Shown here: positions 44,865 to 55,101 of the stretch, in pieces
Numbering within the stretch: position 1 is the first letter of the stretch
Layout: each line of letters starts with the position of its first letter
Source: an uncultured Chloroflexia bacterium
GTDB lineage: Bacteria > Chloroflexota > Limnocylindria > Limnocylindrales > CSP1-4
Direction of reading: 5' to 3'
Assembly: GCA_963813335.1 (NCBI GenBank)
Contig: CAWEYL010000003.1
Location: 480,001-544,000 of the forward strand
Length of the DNA: 64,000 nt
Position numbers and translations under genes: made by a program
Notes under the pieces: model-generated
Seen by the model: the letters and a program-made list of their open reading frames with translations, nothing else
Told to the model about the DNA's origin: nothing
Databases searched by the model: none

Positions 44865-46126
<1,262 letters not shown>

Positions 46127-47020
46127 CTAGCCGCCGACCTCGACGGCTTCGAGCTCGGGGCCCTTCGGGACGAGGAGCGCCTCATCGGGCACGTCGGGCG
46201 AGAGCCCGGCCTCGCGCAGGATCGGGCCGTAGCCCTCGTCCTCGAGGCGGAGCGCCAGGTCCTTGCCGCCGGACTTGACGATGCGGCCCTGGGCCAGGAC
46301 GTGGACGACGTCCGGCTTGATGTAGTTGAGCAGGCGCTGGTAGTGGGTGATCAGCAGCACGCCGAGCTCGGGGTTGAGCATCGCGTTGACGCCCTCGGCG
46401 ACGATCCGCAGGGCGTCGATGTCGAGCCCGGAGTCGGTCTCGTCGAGGATCGCCATCTCCGGCTCGAGGACGGCCATCTGGAGCATCTCGAGGCGCTTCT
46501 TCTCGCCGCCCGAGAAGCCGTCGTTGACGTAGCGCGACGCGAAGCCCTCGTCCATCTTCAGGAGCGCCATCTTCTCGCGCATCGTGTTGCGGAAGTCGCG
46601 CATCGAGACGCCGCCCTTGATCGAGTCGGTCGGGTCGATGTCGGGGTTCTTGTCGATGCCCTGGAGCTTGGCGTTGAGCGCGGAGCGGATGAAGCTCGCG
46701 ACGCTCAGGCCGGGGATCGCGGTGGGGTACTGGAAGGCGAGGAAGAGCCCGAGGCGGGCGCGCTTGTCCGCCGACAGCGCGAGGATGTCGCGGCCCTTCC
46801 AGGTGACCGTGCCGCCCTTGATGACGTAGGCCGGGTGGCCCATCAGCGCATAGGCGAGCGTGGTCTTGCCGCTGCCGTTGGGGCCCATGATCGCGTGGAC
46901 CTCGCCCTTGCCGACGGTCAGGTCGATCCCCTGGAGGATCTCGTGCTCGGGCGAGGCGACGGGCGCGACGCGCAGGCCGCGGATGACGAGGTGCTGGTCG
47001 GTGACGGGCTGGTCGGTCAC
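46127..47020 (-). CDS. sufC: Fe-S assembly ATPase
   Basis: GPNGSGKTT, FLAFQYP, NDGFSGGEKKR, LDETDSGLD, ITHYQRLL. Confidence 0.95.
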   Translation of the reverse strand: MTDQPVTDQHLVIRGLRVAPVASPEHEILQGIDLTVGKGEVHAIMGPNGSGKTTLAYALMGHPAYVIKGGTVTWKGRDILALSADKRARLGLFLAFQYPTAIPGLSVASFIRSALNAKLQGIDKNPDIDPTDSIKGGVSMRDFRNTMREKMALLKMDEGFASRYVNDGFSGGEKKRLEMLQMAVLEPEMAILDETDSGLDIDALRIVAEGVNAMLNPELGVLLITHYQRLLNYIKPDVVHVLAQGRIVKSGGKDLALRLEDEGYGPILREAGLSPDVPDEALLVPKGPELEAVEVGG

Positions 47021-47538
47021 GGGTGGGTCACGGCTCCGTGGTTGGTGGCTTCGGGGTCGATGGATGGGATGTCGCGGCGTTGGGGGACGAGGTCGGCGAG
47101 GGTCATCGAGTCGAGGGCGCCGGTGATGGCGTCGCGGACGCGGACCCACAGGAGGTTGACCGTGCAGCGCGAGCTGCGGTCGCAGGTGGTGGCGTGCTCC
47201 GGGTCGTCGGTGGCGCACATCATCGGGGCGATGGGGCCCTCGAGGGCGCGCAGGACGTCGCTCATCGGGATCAGCTCGGGGGCGCGGGCGAGCTCGTAGC
47301 CGCCGTGGGCGCCGCGGGTGCTGACCACGAGGCCGGCGTCGCGCAGGCTCACGACGAGCTGCTCGAGGTACGCGCGCGGGAGGTCCTCCTCGGCGGCGAT
47401 CTCGGCCAGGCTGGCCGGCCCGGACCCGTAGTGCCGGGCGAGCTGGACCATCAGCCGGACGCCGTACTCGCCCTTCGTGCTGAAGGAGACGGCGCCGGTG
47501 CCGTGGAAGGTGGGACGGGTCGCGACGGGAAGGGTCAG
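47017..47538 (-). CDS. Rrf2/IscR-like regulator with three Cys (probable CTG start)
   Basis: FSTKGEYGVR, YLEQL, STRGAHGGY, C-x10-C-x5-C; GAGG upstream of in-frame CTG. Confidence 0.88.
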   Translation of the reverse strand: MTLPVATRPTFHGTGAVSFSTKGEYGVRLMVQLARHYGSGPASLAEIAAEEDLPRAYLEQLVVSLRDAGLVVSTRGAHGGYELARAPELIPMSDVLRALEGPIAPMMCATDDPEHATTCDRSSRCTVNLLWVRVRDAITGALDSMTLADLVPQRRDIPSIDPEATNHGAVTHP

Positions 47539-47550
47539 CGGAGTGCCTCG

Positions 47551-47581
47551 ATATCCGAGTGATTTCGTCGGGATTAGTCTA
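47551..47581 (-). promoter_or_regulatory. TAGACT -10 element directly followed by a second IscR-type operator
   Basis: Minus strand TAGACT-AATCCCGACGAAATCACTCGGATAT; same half-site as the sufU operator. Confidence 0.7.
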
Positions 47582-47614
47582 CGCGGCGCGGCGGAAGGGC
47601 GTCAACGAGGCTCG

Positions 47615-48294
47615 GGGGTAGTAGATCGGGAGCTCCGAAGTTGCCGCTTGCCGGCCGGACACGGTTGTGGGGCGAGTGGTGCGGCCGACCATCCCCTGTC
47701 GGAAGTTGCCGCCAGCACACGATCGGGATGTGATCGCGCTCAGGCCGGCCGCTCGTCTGACAGGGTCGTCGACGAGAAGACGGTCGTGCCTTCGACCTGC
47801 TGCTCGAACTTCAGTGGCATGCCAGGGGCCGACTTCGCGAACCAGAAGGTGCCGACGCCGTCTTCGTCGGTCCGCGTGTAACGGAGGCAGGCGAACCGTC
47901 CCGCGGGGATCTCGATCTCCTCCTCGGTCACGGTCGTGCGATCGGCGGGCATCGACGCATGGCCCTGGAGCTCGCGCCAGGCTGAGTGGCCGGTCTCCGT
48001 CTCGGTCAGGCGGGTCCCGTCCGGCGTCTCGTTCCAGAACTCCTGGTCGCCCCCGTCCTCGTCCCCGGTCGAGAAGCGGGTGACGTGGACATACGGGTCC
48101 TGGTCGGCCCGAACGACCAGCGTGCGGACCGTCCGACCCGGCGGACAGCCCTGGCGGATCTCGTCGGCACTGAAGGGAGTCGGTTGATCGCCGAGCCTGA
48201 ACTGATGCGGATCGTCAGTCACTTCCTCGGAGTGTAGCGACGGCGCGACCCCCAGGGGCGCCCGGCAACTTCGAGCCGCTCTATCTACTACCCC
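47615..48294. mobile_element. Non-autonomous TIR element with passenger gene and 14-bp target-site duplication
   Basis: TIRs 47615-47646 and 48263-48294 (26/32 identical); GTCAACGAGGCTCG at 47601-47614 and 48295-48308. Confidence 0.85.
47740..48222 (-). CDS. Hypothetical protein (160 aa), cargo of the TIR element
   Basis: GTG start preceded by TACACT and GAGGAA; motifs PTPFSADEIR, WRELQGHAS, FWFA..PGMP. Confidence 0.8.
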   Translation of the reverse strand: MTDDPHQFRLGDQPTPFSADEIRQGCPPGRTVRTLVVRADQDPYVHVTRFSTGDEDGGDQEFWNETPDGTRLTETETGHSAWRELQGHASMPADRTTVTEEEIEIPAGRFACLRYTRTDEDGVGTFWFAKSAPGMPLKFEQQVEGTTVFSSTTLSDERPA

Positions 48295-48328
48295 GTCAAC
48301 GAGGCTCGTCGTCGTTGACGACGGGCCG

Positions 48329-49319
48329 ATGATGCGGGGTAGCGTGAAGCTTCGAGCGATCCTGGGACTCTCGGTCGCGATGGTCGTCGGCTGCTCGGGG
48401 ATCGGCGACGAGCGCTCCGGGTCGGCGAACGCTCCCGCGTCGGCGACGAGCGCTCCCGCGGTCGGCCTCGCCCGTCGCAGCATCGCGCGTCGCGGATGTC
48501 GTCGTCGGCGGCGCTCGACCCGTGACCATCCACGTCCCGGCTGGGTACGACGCCAACCGCCCGGCGCCGCTCCTGATCGTCCTCCACGGCTACAGCTCGT
48601 CGGGCAAGCAGCACGACGCGTACTTCCATCTCGGGGAGGCCGCGATGCAGCGCGGCTTCCTCTACGCCTACCCGGACGGCACCGTCGACAGCTCCGGGAA
48701 CCACTTCTGGAACGCCACCGACGCGTGCTGCGACTTCGATCCGCGCGGGGTCGACGACGTCGCCTACCTCGCCGGCGTCATCGCCGAGGCGCGGGCGTCA
48801 CTCGCGGTCGATCCCAGGCGCATCTACCTCATCGGGCATTCGAACGGCGCGTTCATGAGCTACGCGATGGCCTGCGCGCAGGCCGACCAGGTCGCCGCGA
48901 TCGTCAGCCTGGCCGGCGCCACGTTCGTGGACCCGGCGGACTGCGCCCCGGCGGTCCCTGTCGCGGTGCTCCAGATCCATGGCACGGCCGACGACACGAT
49001 CGCCTTCAAGGGCGGACAGATCGTTCTGGGTGGGGGCCGGTCGATGGCGCCCTACCCCGGCGCCGAGACGTCGGTCGCCACCTGGGCGTCGTACGACGGC
49101 TGCGCGGGCTCTTCGGTCGTCGACGAGCGCGTCGACGTCGACGCGGACCTTTCCGATCACGGCTCGCCGGCCGAGGCCTCGGTGACGCGCTGGACCGGCT
49201 GCAAGCCTGGCGGGGCGGTCGAGCTCTGGACGGTGCCGAACGGCGGTCACAGCCCGAACATCTCCGCGTCGTTCCCGGCGGCCGTCCTGGACTTCTTCGA
49301 GGCCCACCCGAAGCCGTAG
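48329..49319 (+). CDS. Secreted PHB-depolymerase-family (LpqC-like) esterase (frameshift ~48470)
   Basis: LIVLHG, YPDG, WNATDACC, DDVAYL, GHSNG, IHGTAD, GGH. Confidence 0.85.
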
Positions 49320-49335
49320 GCGGCGTCGAGCGGGG

Positions 49336-50136
49336 TCAGTCAGCCGCGCGGATGAGGCGGAGCGGGCGGAGCGTCAGCCCGTAGATGACGATCGCGCCGA
49401 TGCCGGCGAGCAGGCCGAAGACGATGGCGCCAGCCGGCACCCACGGACCTTCGACGATCGCATGCCACACATCGAAGGCGACCGCGGTCACCAGCGCGCC
49501 GAGGATGCCGACGGCCAGCCGGTGGCGACGCGGGCTCAGGCCCGATCGATCGAGGAACGCCGTGGTCCGGGCGACGACGGGGCGAAGCGGGCGCAGCGGC
49601 GGGATCCGGCCAACGAGCTCGTCGCCGAGGCCGAGGGCGTCGTCGAGGAGGTCGGGTTCCGGGGCTGACGGGGTGGCCGCACCGGTCGCGGTCCCGGCCC
49701 GCACGGCGCGGACGAGCAGGACCGTGGCCGCGGCGACCGCCACGGAGTTGATGAGCCACAGCGCGGCCACGAACCACGGCAGCTCCGTGCCCGCATCCGC
49801 CGGCGGCGCCGCGTACGCGAGCGCGTCCGAGACGAGCGTCACGCCCATGATCGCGAGCGCGATGCCGATGCCGAGCCGGATGCGCCGGGCCACGGCCGGG
49901 TCGAGGACGGTCTCGCGATGACGAAGGCTGCGGACCCAGGTCGCGCCGGCGACCAGGGCGATCGCCATGACGGCGTAGCTGACCACGGCGTCGTAGGGGT
50001 CCAGCGTGAACGGCAGCGTCTCGCGCAGGTCGTGGACCTGGGTCGTCAGGAAGCAGAGGAGGCCGAACAGCACGACCGCACAGGCCGCGGTGTTGGCGGC
50101 GAGTCGCGTGGCTCGGGTCTCGTCCCGATCGCTCAT
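49336..50136 (-). CDS. Hypothetical membrane protein
   Basis: About 6 TM segments, PFTLDPYDAVVS motif. Confidence 0.75.
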   Translation of the reverse strand: MSDRDETRATRLAANTAACAVVLFGLLCFLTTQVHDLRETLPFTLDPYDAVVSYAVMAIALVAGATWVRSLRHRETVLDPAVARRIRLGIGIALAIMGVTLVSDALAYAAPPADAGTELPWFVAALWLINSVAVAAATVLLVRAVRAGTATGAATPSAPEPDLLDDALGLGDELVGRIPPLRPLRPVVARTTAFLDRSGLSPRRHRLAVGILGALVTAVAFDVWHAIVEGPWVPAGAIVFGLLAGIGAIVIYGLTLRPLRLIRAAD

Positions 50137-50159
50137 GGCCGAACGATAGCCCTCGGGAC

Positions 50160-50344
50160 GTCGAAGCGCCCCGCCGCGTTCGACGGGGCGCTTCGACCTG
50201 CAGTACGCCGCTCGGGGAAACGGCGTCCGCTCAGGGAGAGGAGGTGGTGGGTGCATGAGCCCCGGTGGGAGGACACCGGGGCTCATGCGAGAGCGCGTCC
50301 GCGCGCCGGGCAGCCACGACCGACGGGCGGGGTGGGAGACAGGG
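50160..50344 (-). ncRNA. Candidate sRNA/structured 3'UTR with C-rich anti-SD loops
   Basis: 15-bp stem with UCCUCC loop (50253-50288), CCUCCUCUCCC linker, CCCC-loop hairpin (50205-50226), terminal 14-bp stem (50160-50197). Confidence 0.5.
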
Positions 50345-50461
50345 TCAGCGGCGGCGGTCCCGCCGGATGGGTTGGGGGGCGGGCGTTTCGATCCCGAAGA
50401 GCGAGCCGACCATCGCCGCGATCCGGGCGATGCTGCGCTGGAGGCGGATCGAGATGGGCAT
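50345..50461 (-). CDS. Small Arg-rich protein (38 aa)
   Basis: MPISIRLQRSIARIAAMVGSLFGIETPAPQPIRRDRRR; GAGG 9 nt upstream. Confidence 0.55.
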   Translation of the reverse strand: MPISIRLQRSIARIAAMVGSLFGIETPAPQPIRRDRRR

Positions 50462-50535
50462 CGATGAGACCTCTGGTGGATGGCCCGTCTCGCCGAAAAT
50501 GCATTCCGACGAGGCGGACCGCCAGCATGGCCATC

Positions 50536-50558
50536 AGGTACTACGCGGTCTAGTACCT
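50536..50558. promoter_or_regulatory. Palindromic operator candidate
   Basis: AGGTACTA-N7-TAGTACCT. Confidence 0.55.
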
Positions 50559-50619
50559 TCGGTGCACACGTTTCCCCTGCCGACGTCAGCGGACCCCACC
50601 GGACCGCACCAGGGCGAGG

Positions 50620-51499
50620 TCAGGAAGCGTTGCTGACCGACACCGACGCGAGGTACCGGCGCCGCCATGTCTCGGTCGCCTCGACGTTGTTGAACGTGTA
50701 CAGGTGCAGGTCCGCGACGCGCGCCGCCGGATCCGCGATCGACCGGCGCAAGGCCCTCCAGCAGCCCGTCCGGCCGGTAGAACCCGCCCGAGCGGAGGAG
50801 ACGCGCCACGAACCGGGCGTTCTTGGTCAGGAACCGGTGGGTGTCCGCGACGCCGATCCGCGCCGTGATCGCCAGCAGCTTGTGCGGCTCGGCGACGCCC
50901 GGCAGCCCGATATGCACCGGGAGCGTCAGCCCCTCGGCGCGCCGGGCGGCGATCCAGGTCCCGATGGCGATGGGATCGAAGCAGAGCTGCGTCGTCATGT
51001 AGCTGGCGTACGTCGCCTTGGCCGCGAGGGCCTCGGCCAGCGGCCCGTCCGGGATGAAGGCGTGGCCCTGCGGGTAGCACGGGATCCCGATCTCGGCGAG
51101 CGGATGCCCGATGTCGGCCATCTCGCGCAGCAGCGCGAGGCCGTCGACGAAGTCGCCCGGCTCCTTGGCATCGCCGCCGACGACGAACGCGCGATCGACG
51201 CCGGCGCCCTCGAGCCACGCGATGAGGTCGGCGAGGTGCGCCCGGTCGCGGACCATCCGCGCGGACAGGTGCGGGACGGCCTTGAAGCCGCGCGCCTGGA
51301 GCGCCTCGCACAGCGCGATCGTCGCCTCGATGCCCTTGGCCGGCGACGCGGTGACCGAGACGGTGGCCCCGGCGGGCAGGTGGTCCGCCTGCTCGAGCGC
51401 GTTCTTGAGCGGCACCAGCTCGAGCGTCGGCGAGGCGAGGACCCCGGCGACCGCCCGGCGCTGGGCGGCCGTCAGCCGGGAGTGGCGGCGGAAGAGCAC
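50620..51499 (-). CDS. metF: Methylenetetrahydrofolate reductase-family protein (frameshift ~50735)
   Basis: VPHLSAR, FVVGGD, CYPQGH, TTQLCFD, LHLYTFN. Confidence 0.8.
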
Positions 51500-51502
51500 G
51501 CC

Positions 51503-53039
51503 CTAGACGTCCGAGTCGGGCTGCGCCGCCTTGCGCTTGACGATGAACTCGAGGAGCGCCTCGTCGGTCGCGTCGTCGATGGGCGGCGCCTCGTACTCGG
51601 CCAGCATCCGCTTCCAGATCGCGTTCGCCCGCTGCGCGGCGTCGAGCGAGCCGTCCTCCTGCCACTGCTCGAAGCTGTTGTTGTCGGCGATCTCCGAGCG
51701 GTAGAAGGCGTGCTCGAAGTTGGCCAGGGTGTGGGCGTTGCCGAGGTAGTGCTGCCCCGGCTCGTTGGTGCGGATCGCGTCGATCGCCTGGCCGTTCTCG
51801 GAGAGGTCGACGCCGTTGACGAAGACCGCGGCCATCCCGCACTGGTCGGCGTCGAGGATGAACTTCTCGTAGCCGACGGTGAGCCCGCCCTCGAGCCAGC
51901 CGGCCGCGTGGAGGACGAAGTTGACGCCGCCGAGGATCGTGGCGTTGAACGTGGCCGCCGACTCGTAGGCGGCCTGGGCGTCGGCGATCTTCGAGGCGCA
52001 CAGGTTGCCGCCGGAGCGGAACGGGACGCCGAGCCGGCGGGCCAGCGAGGCCATGACGTACAGGACCAGCGACGGCTCCGGCGTGCCGAAGGTCGGCGCG
52101 CCCGACTGCATCGAGATGGAGCTGGCGAACGAGCCGAGCACGACCGGCGCGCCCGGCCGGACCAGCTGGACGAAGGCCATCCCGCCGAGCGCCTCGGCGA
52201 GCGTCTGGGTCGCGGCGCCGGCGACCGTCACCGGCGACATCGCGCCGGCGAGGATGAACGGCGTCAGGAGCGTGGCCTGGTTGGCCTCGGCGTAGGCCTG
52301 CGCCGCGCCGAGCATCACGCCGTCCCAGACGAGCGGCGAGTTGGCGTTGATGAGGCTCAGGACCACGGGATGGTCCTCGAGGTACGGCGCGCCGAACAGG
52401 ATCCGCGCCATCTCGACGGTGTCGCGCGCCCGTTCCGGGGCGGTGACCGAGCCCATGAACGGCTTGTCGCTGTAGCGCATGTGGGCGTAGACCATGTCGA
52501 GGTGCCGCTTGTTGACCGGCACGTCGACCGGCTCGCAGACCGTGCCGCCCGAGTGGTGGAGGTGCGGCGACAGGTAGGTGAGCTTCACGAGGTTGCGGAA
52601 GTCCTCGATCGTGCCGTAGCGCCGGCCGCCGTCGAGGTCGCGCACGAACGGCGAGCCGTAGTTGGGCGCGAAGACCGTGTGCATCCCGCCGATCTCGACG
52701 TTCCGCTCCGGGTTGCGCGCGTACTGGGTGAACTGGCGCGGCGCGGTCGCCTGGACGATCGAGCGCGCGAGCCCGCGCGGGAAGCGCACGCGCTCGCCGG
52801 TCGACGTCGGCGCCGGCCTCGCGGAAGAGGCGCAACGCGTCGGCGTTGCCGCGGAACTCGAGGCCGACCTCCTGGAGCATCGTGTCCGCGTTGTACTCGA
52901 TCAGCGACAGGCCCTCGTCGTCGAGGACCTCGAACGGAGTCAGCGTCCGGGTCAGGAACGGCACGTGCTCGGCATGCGCCAGGAGCCGGGCGGCCTGCCG
53001 GGCGGCCCGGCCGCCGCTGCGCCGACGGGGTTCGTCCAT
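51503..53039 (-). CDS. Non-pyrrolysine MttB-family methyltransferase, MtgB-like (frameshift ~52800)
   Basis: GGTVCEPVD, INANSPL, PFILAGAMSP, SGAPTFGTPE, RSGGNLCASK, HAAGWLEGG. Confidence 0.9.
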
Positions 53040-55088
53040 CTACTCGCCCTCCGGGGTGCCGACCGCGACCGCGCGGCGGCGTCGTCGTTCCGGGCGGCCG
53101 TCCGCGCCGGTGGCCCGCTCGGCCTTCGCTGGCAGGTCCACGACCGCCCCGAGGTGCGGGAACGCGGCCGTCTTGTGGGGGAAGGCCATCGCCTCCACGA
53201 AGTGCTCCTGGAACCGCGGCTCGACCGCGGTCTCGATCTTCTCGACGCGCCGGACGACGCCCTCGATCTCGCGTCGGGCCGCGCCGGACAGCAGCGCGAT
53301 CAGCGCGCCGGTCCCGGCGGCATTGCCGGCGGAGCGGACGTCGGCAAGGTCGCAGTCGGGGACGAGCCCGAGGATCATCGCGTGGATGGGGTCGATCTGG
53401 CTGCCGAACGCGCCGGCGAGGCGGATCTCGTCCACCGCGTCGATCGCCAGCTGGTCCATCAGCAGCCGGACCCCGGCGTAGAGCGCGGCCTTGGCGAGCT
53501 GGATGGCGCGGACGTCGTTCTGGGTGATGACGATGCGCGGGCCGCCGGCGACGCCCTCGTGGAGGACGTATCCGGAGGTCCGGCCGTCCGCGACGATGCG
53601 CGGCGAGCGCGCGGCAAGCGTCCCGTCGACCACGCCGTCCTCGGTGATGACGCCGGCGAGGAACAGCTCCGCGACCACCTCGATGATGCCCGAGCCGCAG
53701 ATGCCGGTGATCCCGGTCTCGGTCACGCCGGCCGCGAAGCCCGGCTCGTCCGACCAGGCATCGACGCCGATGACCCGGAACCGCGGCTCGAGGGTCTCGC
53801 GGTCGATGCGGACGCGCTCGATGGCACCGGGCGCGGCGCGCTGCCCGCCCGAGATCTGGGCGCCCTCGAAGGCGGGGCCGGTCGGGCTCGATGCCGCAAG
53901 GAGCCGGCGCTTGTCGCCGAGGACGATCTCGGCGTTGGTGCCGACGTCGACGACCAGCGTCATCCGCTCGGCCCGGTGCGGCTGCTCGGCGAGGATCACC
54001 CCGGCCGTGTCCGCGCCGACGTGGCCGGCGATGCACGGGAGCAGGTAGACGCGGGCGCCCGGATGGGCGCGCAGTCCCAGCTCGGCGGTGGTGGTCTTCA
54101 CCGCGCGGTCCGTGGCCAGCGCGAACGGCGCGCCGCCGAGCGGCGTCGGGTCGATGCCCAGGACCAGGTGGTGCATGATCGGGTTGCCGACGATCGTCAG
54201 CTCGAGGATCTCGGCCCGCTTGATCCCGGCCCGCATCGCGAGGGTCGCGATCAGCCCGTCGAGCGCCTTGCGCACGGCCGCGGTCATCTCGCCGGCGCCC
54301 TCGGGATGCATCATCGCGTAGGAGACCCGGCTCATCAGGTCCTCGCCGAACCGGATCTGCGGGTTCATCACGCCGTTGCTCGCGAGGACCGCGCCGTCGG
54401 CGAGGTCGGCCAGGTGGCCGGCGATGGTGGTCGAGCCGACGTCGATGGCGACGCCATAGGCCTTGTCGTGGAGGCCCGGCCAGATGCCGATGACCTGGCG
54501 TCCCTCGTGGACCGCCACGGTGACGGCGTACCTGCCGGCCTCGAGCGCGGGCTGGAGCGCACGGACGACCTCGAGGTCCGCGTCGAGATCCGTCAGCTGC
54601 CACTCGCGCTCGAGCGCCTCGAACAGGCGCGCGAGGTCGCCGGTCGGCGACGCCAGCTCGGGCGGGACGACCTCGACGTAGTGGAGGCGGATGACCGGGT
54701 CCACGGTGAATGTCCGGACGTCGAGGCCCTTGCGGACCACCTGGCGGTGGACCTGGCTCTCGGGCGGGACGTCGACGAGGACGTCGCCGCAGAGCGTCGC
54801 GGCGCAGGACAGGCGGCGGTCGGCGGCCAGGCCCTTTTCCTCGCGGTAGGCCGTCTCGAGCGCCGCGAACGGCGACAGGTTGCCCGGCGCCGACGTGATG
54901 GCGTGCTTGGGGAACTCGCCGATGCCCTGGGTCACCTGGCAGCGGCCGCAGATGCCGCGGCCGCCGCAGACCGAGTCGATGTCGACGCCGAGCGAGCGCG
55001 CCGCGTCGAGGACCGTCGTCCCGGTCGGGAACCGCCCGCGGCGACCCGACGGCGTGAAGATGACGAGCGGCTCGGCCTCGGCCGTCAC
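53040..55088 (-). CDS. ASKHA-type corrinoid reductive activator (RamA/RACE-like) with 2Fe-2S domain
   Basis: CGGRGICGRC, DVGSTT, DVGTNAE, GPAFEGA, GICGSG, IQLAKAA, LAGAFG. Confidence 0.92.
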   Translation of the reverse strand: MTAEAEPLVIFTPSGRRGRFPTGTTVLDAARSLGVDIDSVCGGRGICGRCQVTQGIGEFPKHAITSAPGNLSPFAALETAYREEKGLAADRRLSCAATLCGDVLVDVPPESQVHRQVVRKGLDVRTFTVDPVIRLHYVEVVPPELASPTGDLARLFEALEREWQLTDLDADLEVVRALQPALEAGRYAVTVAVHEGRQVIGIWPGLHDKAYGVAIDVGSTTIAGHLADLADGAVLASNGVMNPQIRFGEDLMSRVSYAMMHPEGAGEMTAAVRKALDGLIATLAMRAGIKRAEILELTIVGNPIMHHLVLGIDPTPLGGAPFALATDRAVKTTTAELGLRAHPGARVYLLPCIAGHVGADTAGVILAEQPHRAERMTLVVDVGTNAEIVLGDKRRLLAASSPTGPAFEGAQISGGQRAAPGAIERVRIDRETLEPRFRVIGVDAWSDEPGFAAGVTETGITGICGSGIIEVVAELFLAGVITEDGVVDGTLAARSPRIVADGRTSGYVLHEGVAGGPRIVITQNDVRAIQLAKAALYAGVRLLMDQLAIDAVDEIRLAGAFGSQIDPIHAMILGLVPDCDLADVRSAGNAAGTGALIALLSGAARREIEGVVRRVEKIETAVEPRFQEHFVEAMAFPHKTAAFPHLGAVVDLPAKAERATGADGRPERRRRRAVAVGTPEGE

Positions 55089-55101
55089 GGCGGTCGGCGC
55101 C

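Noticed and set aside
48285-48300. IscB/HEARO or IS200/IS605 end (CTACCCC and GTCAAC motifs)
   Set aside because: Motif order differs, there is no IscB/TnpB ORF, and such elements do not have TIRs plus a TSD
51503-53039. Pyrrolysine-containing MttB
   Set aside because: No in-frame TAG; Leu at the equivalent position
50480-53527. Long plus-strand ORFs such as the 1015-aa ORF and other Arg/Pro-rich shadow ORFs
   Set aside because: Antisense or off-frame shadows of real genes in high-GC DNA
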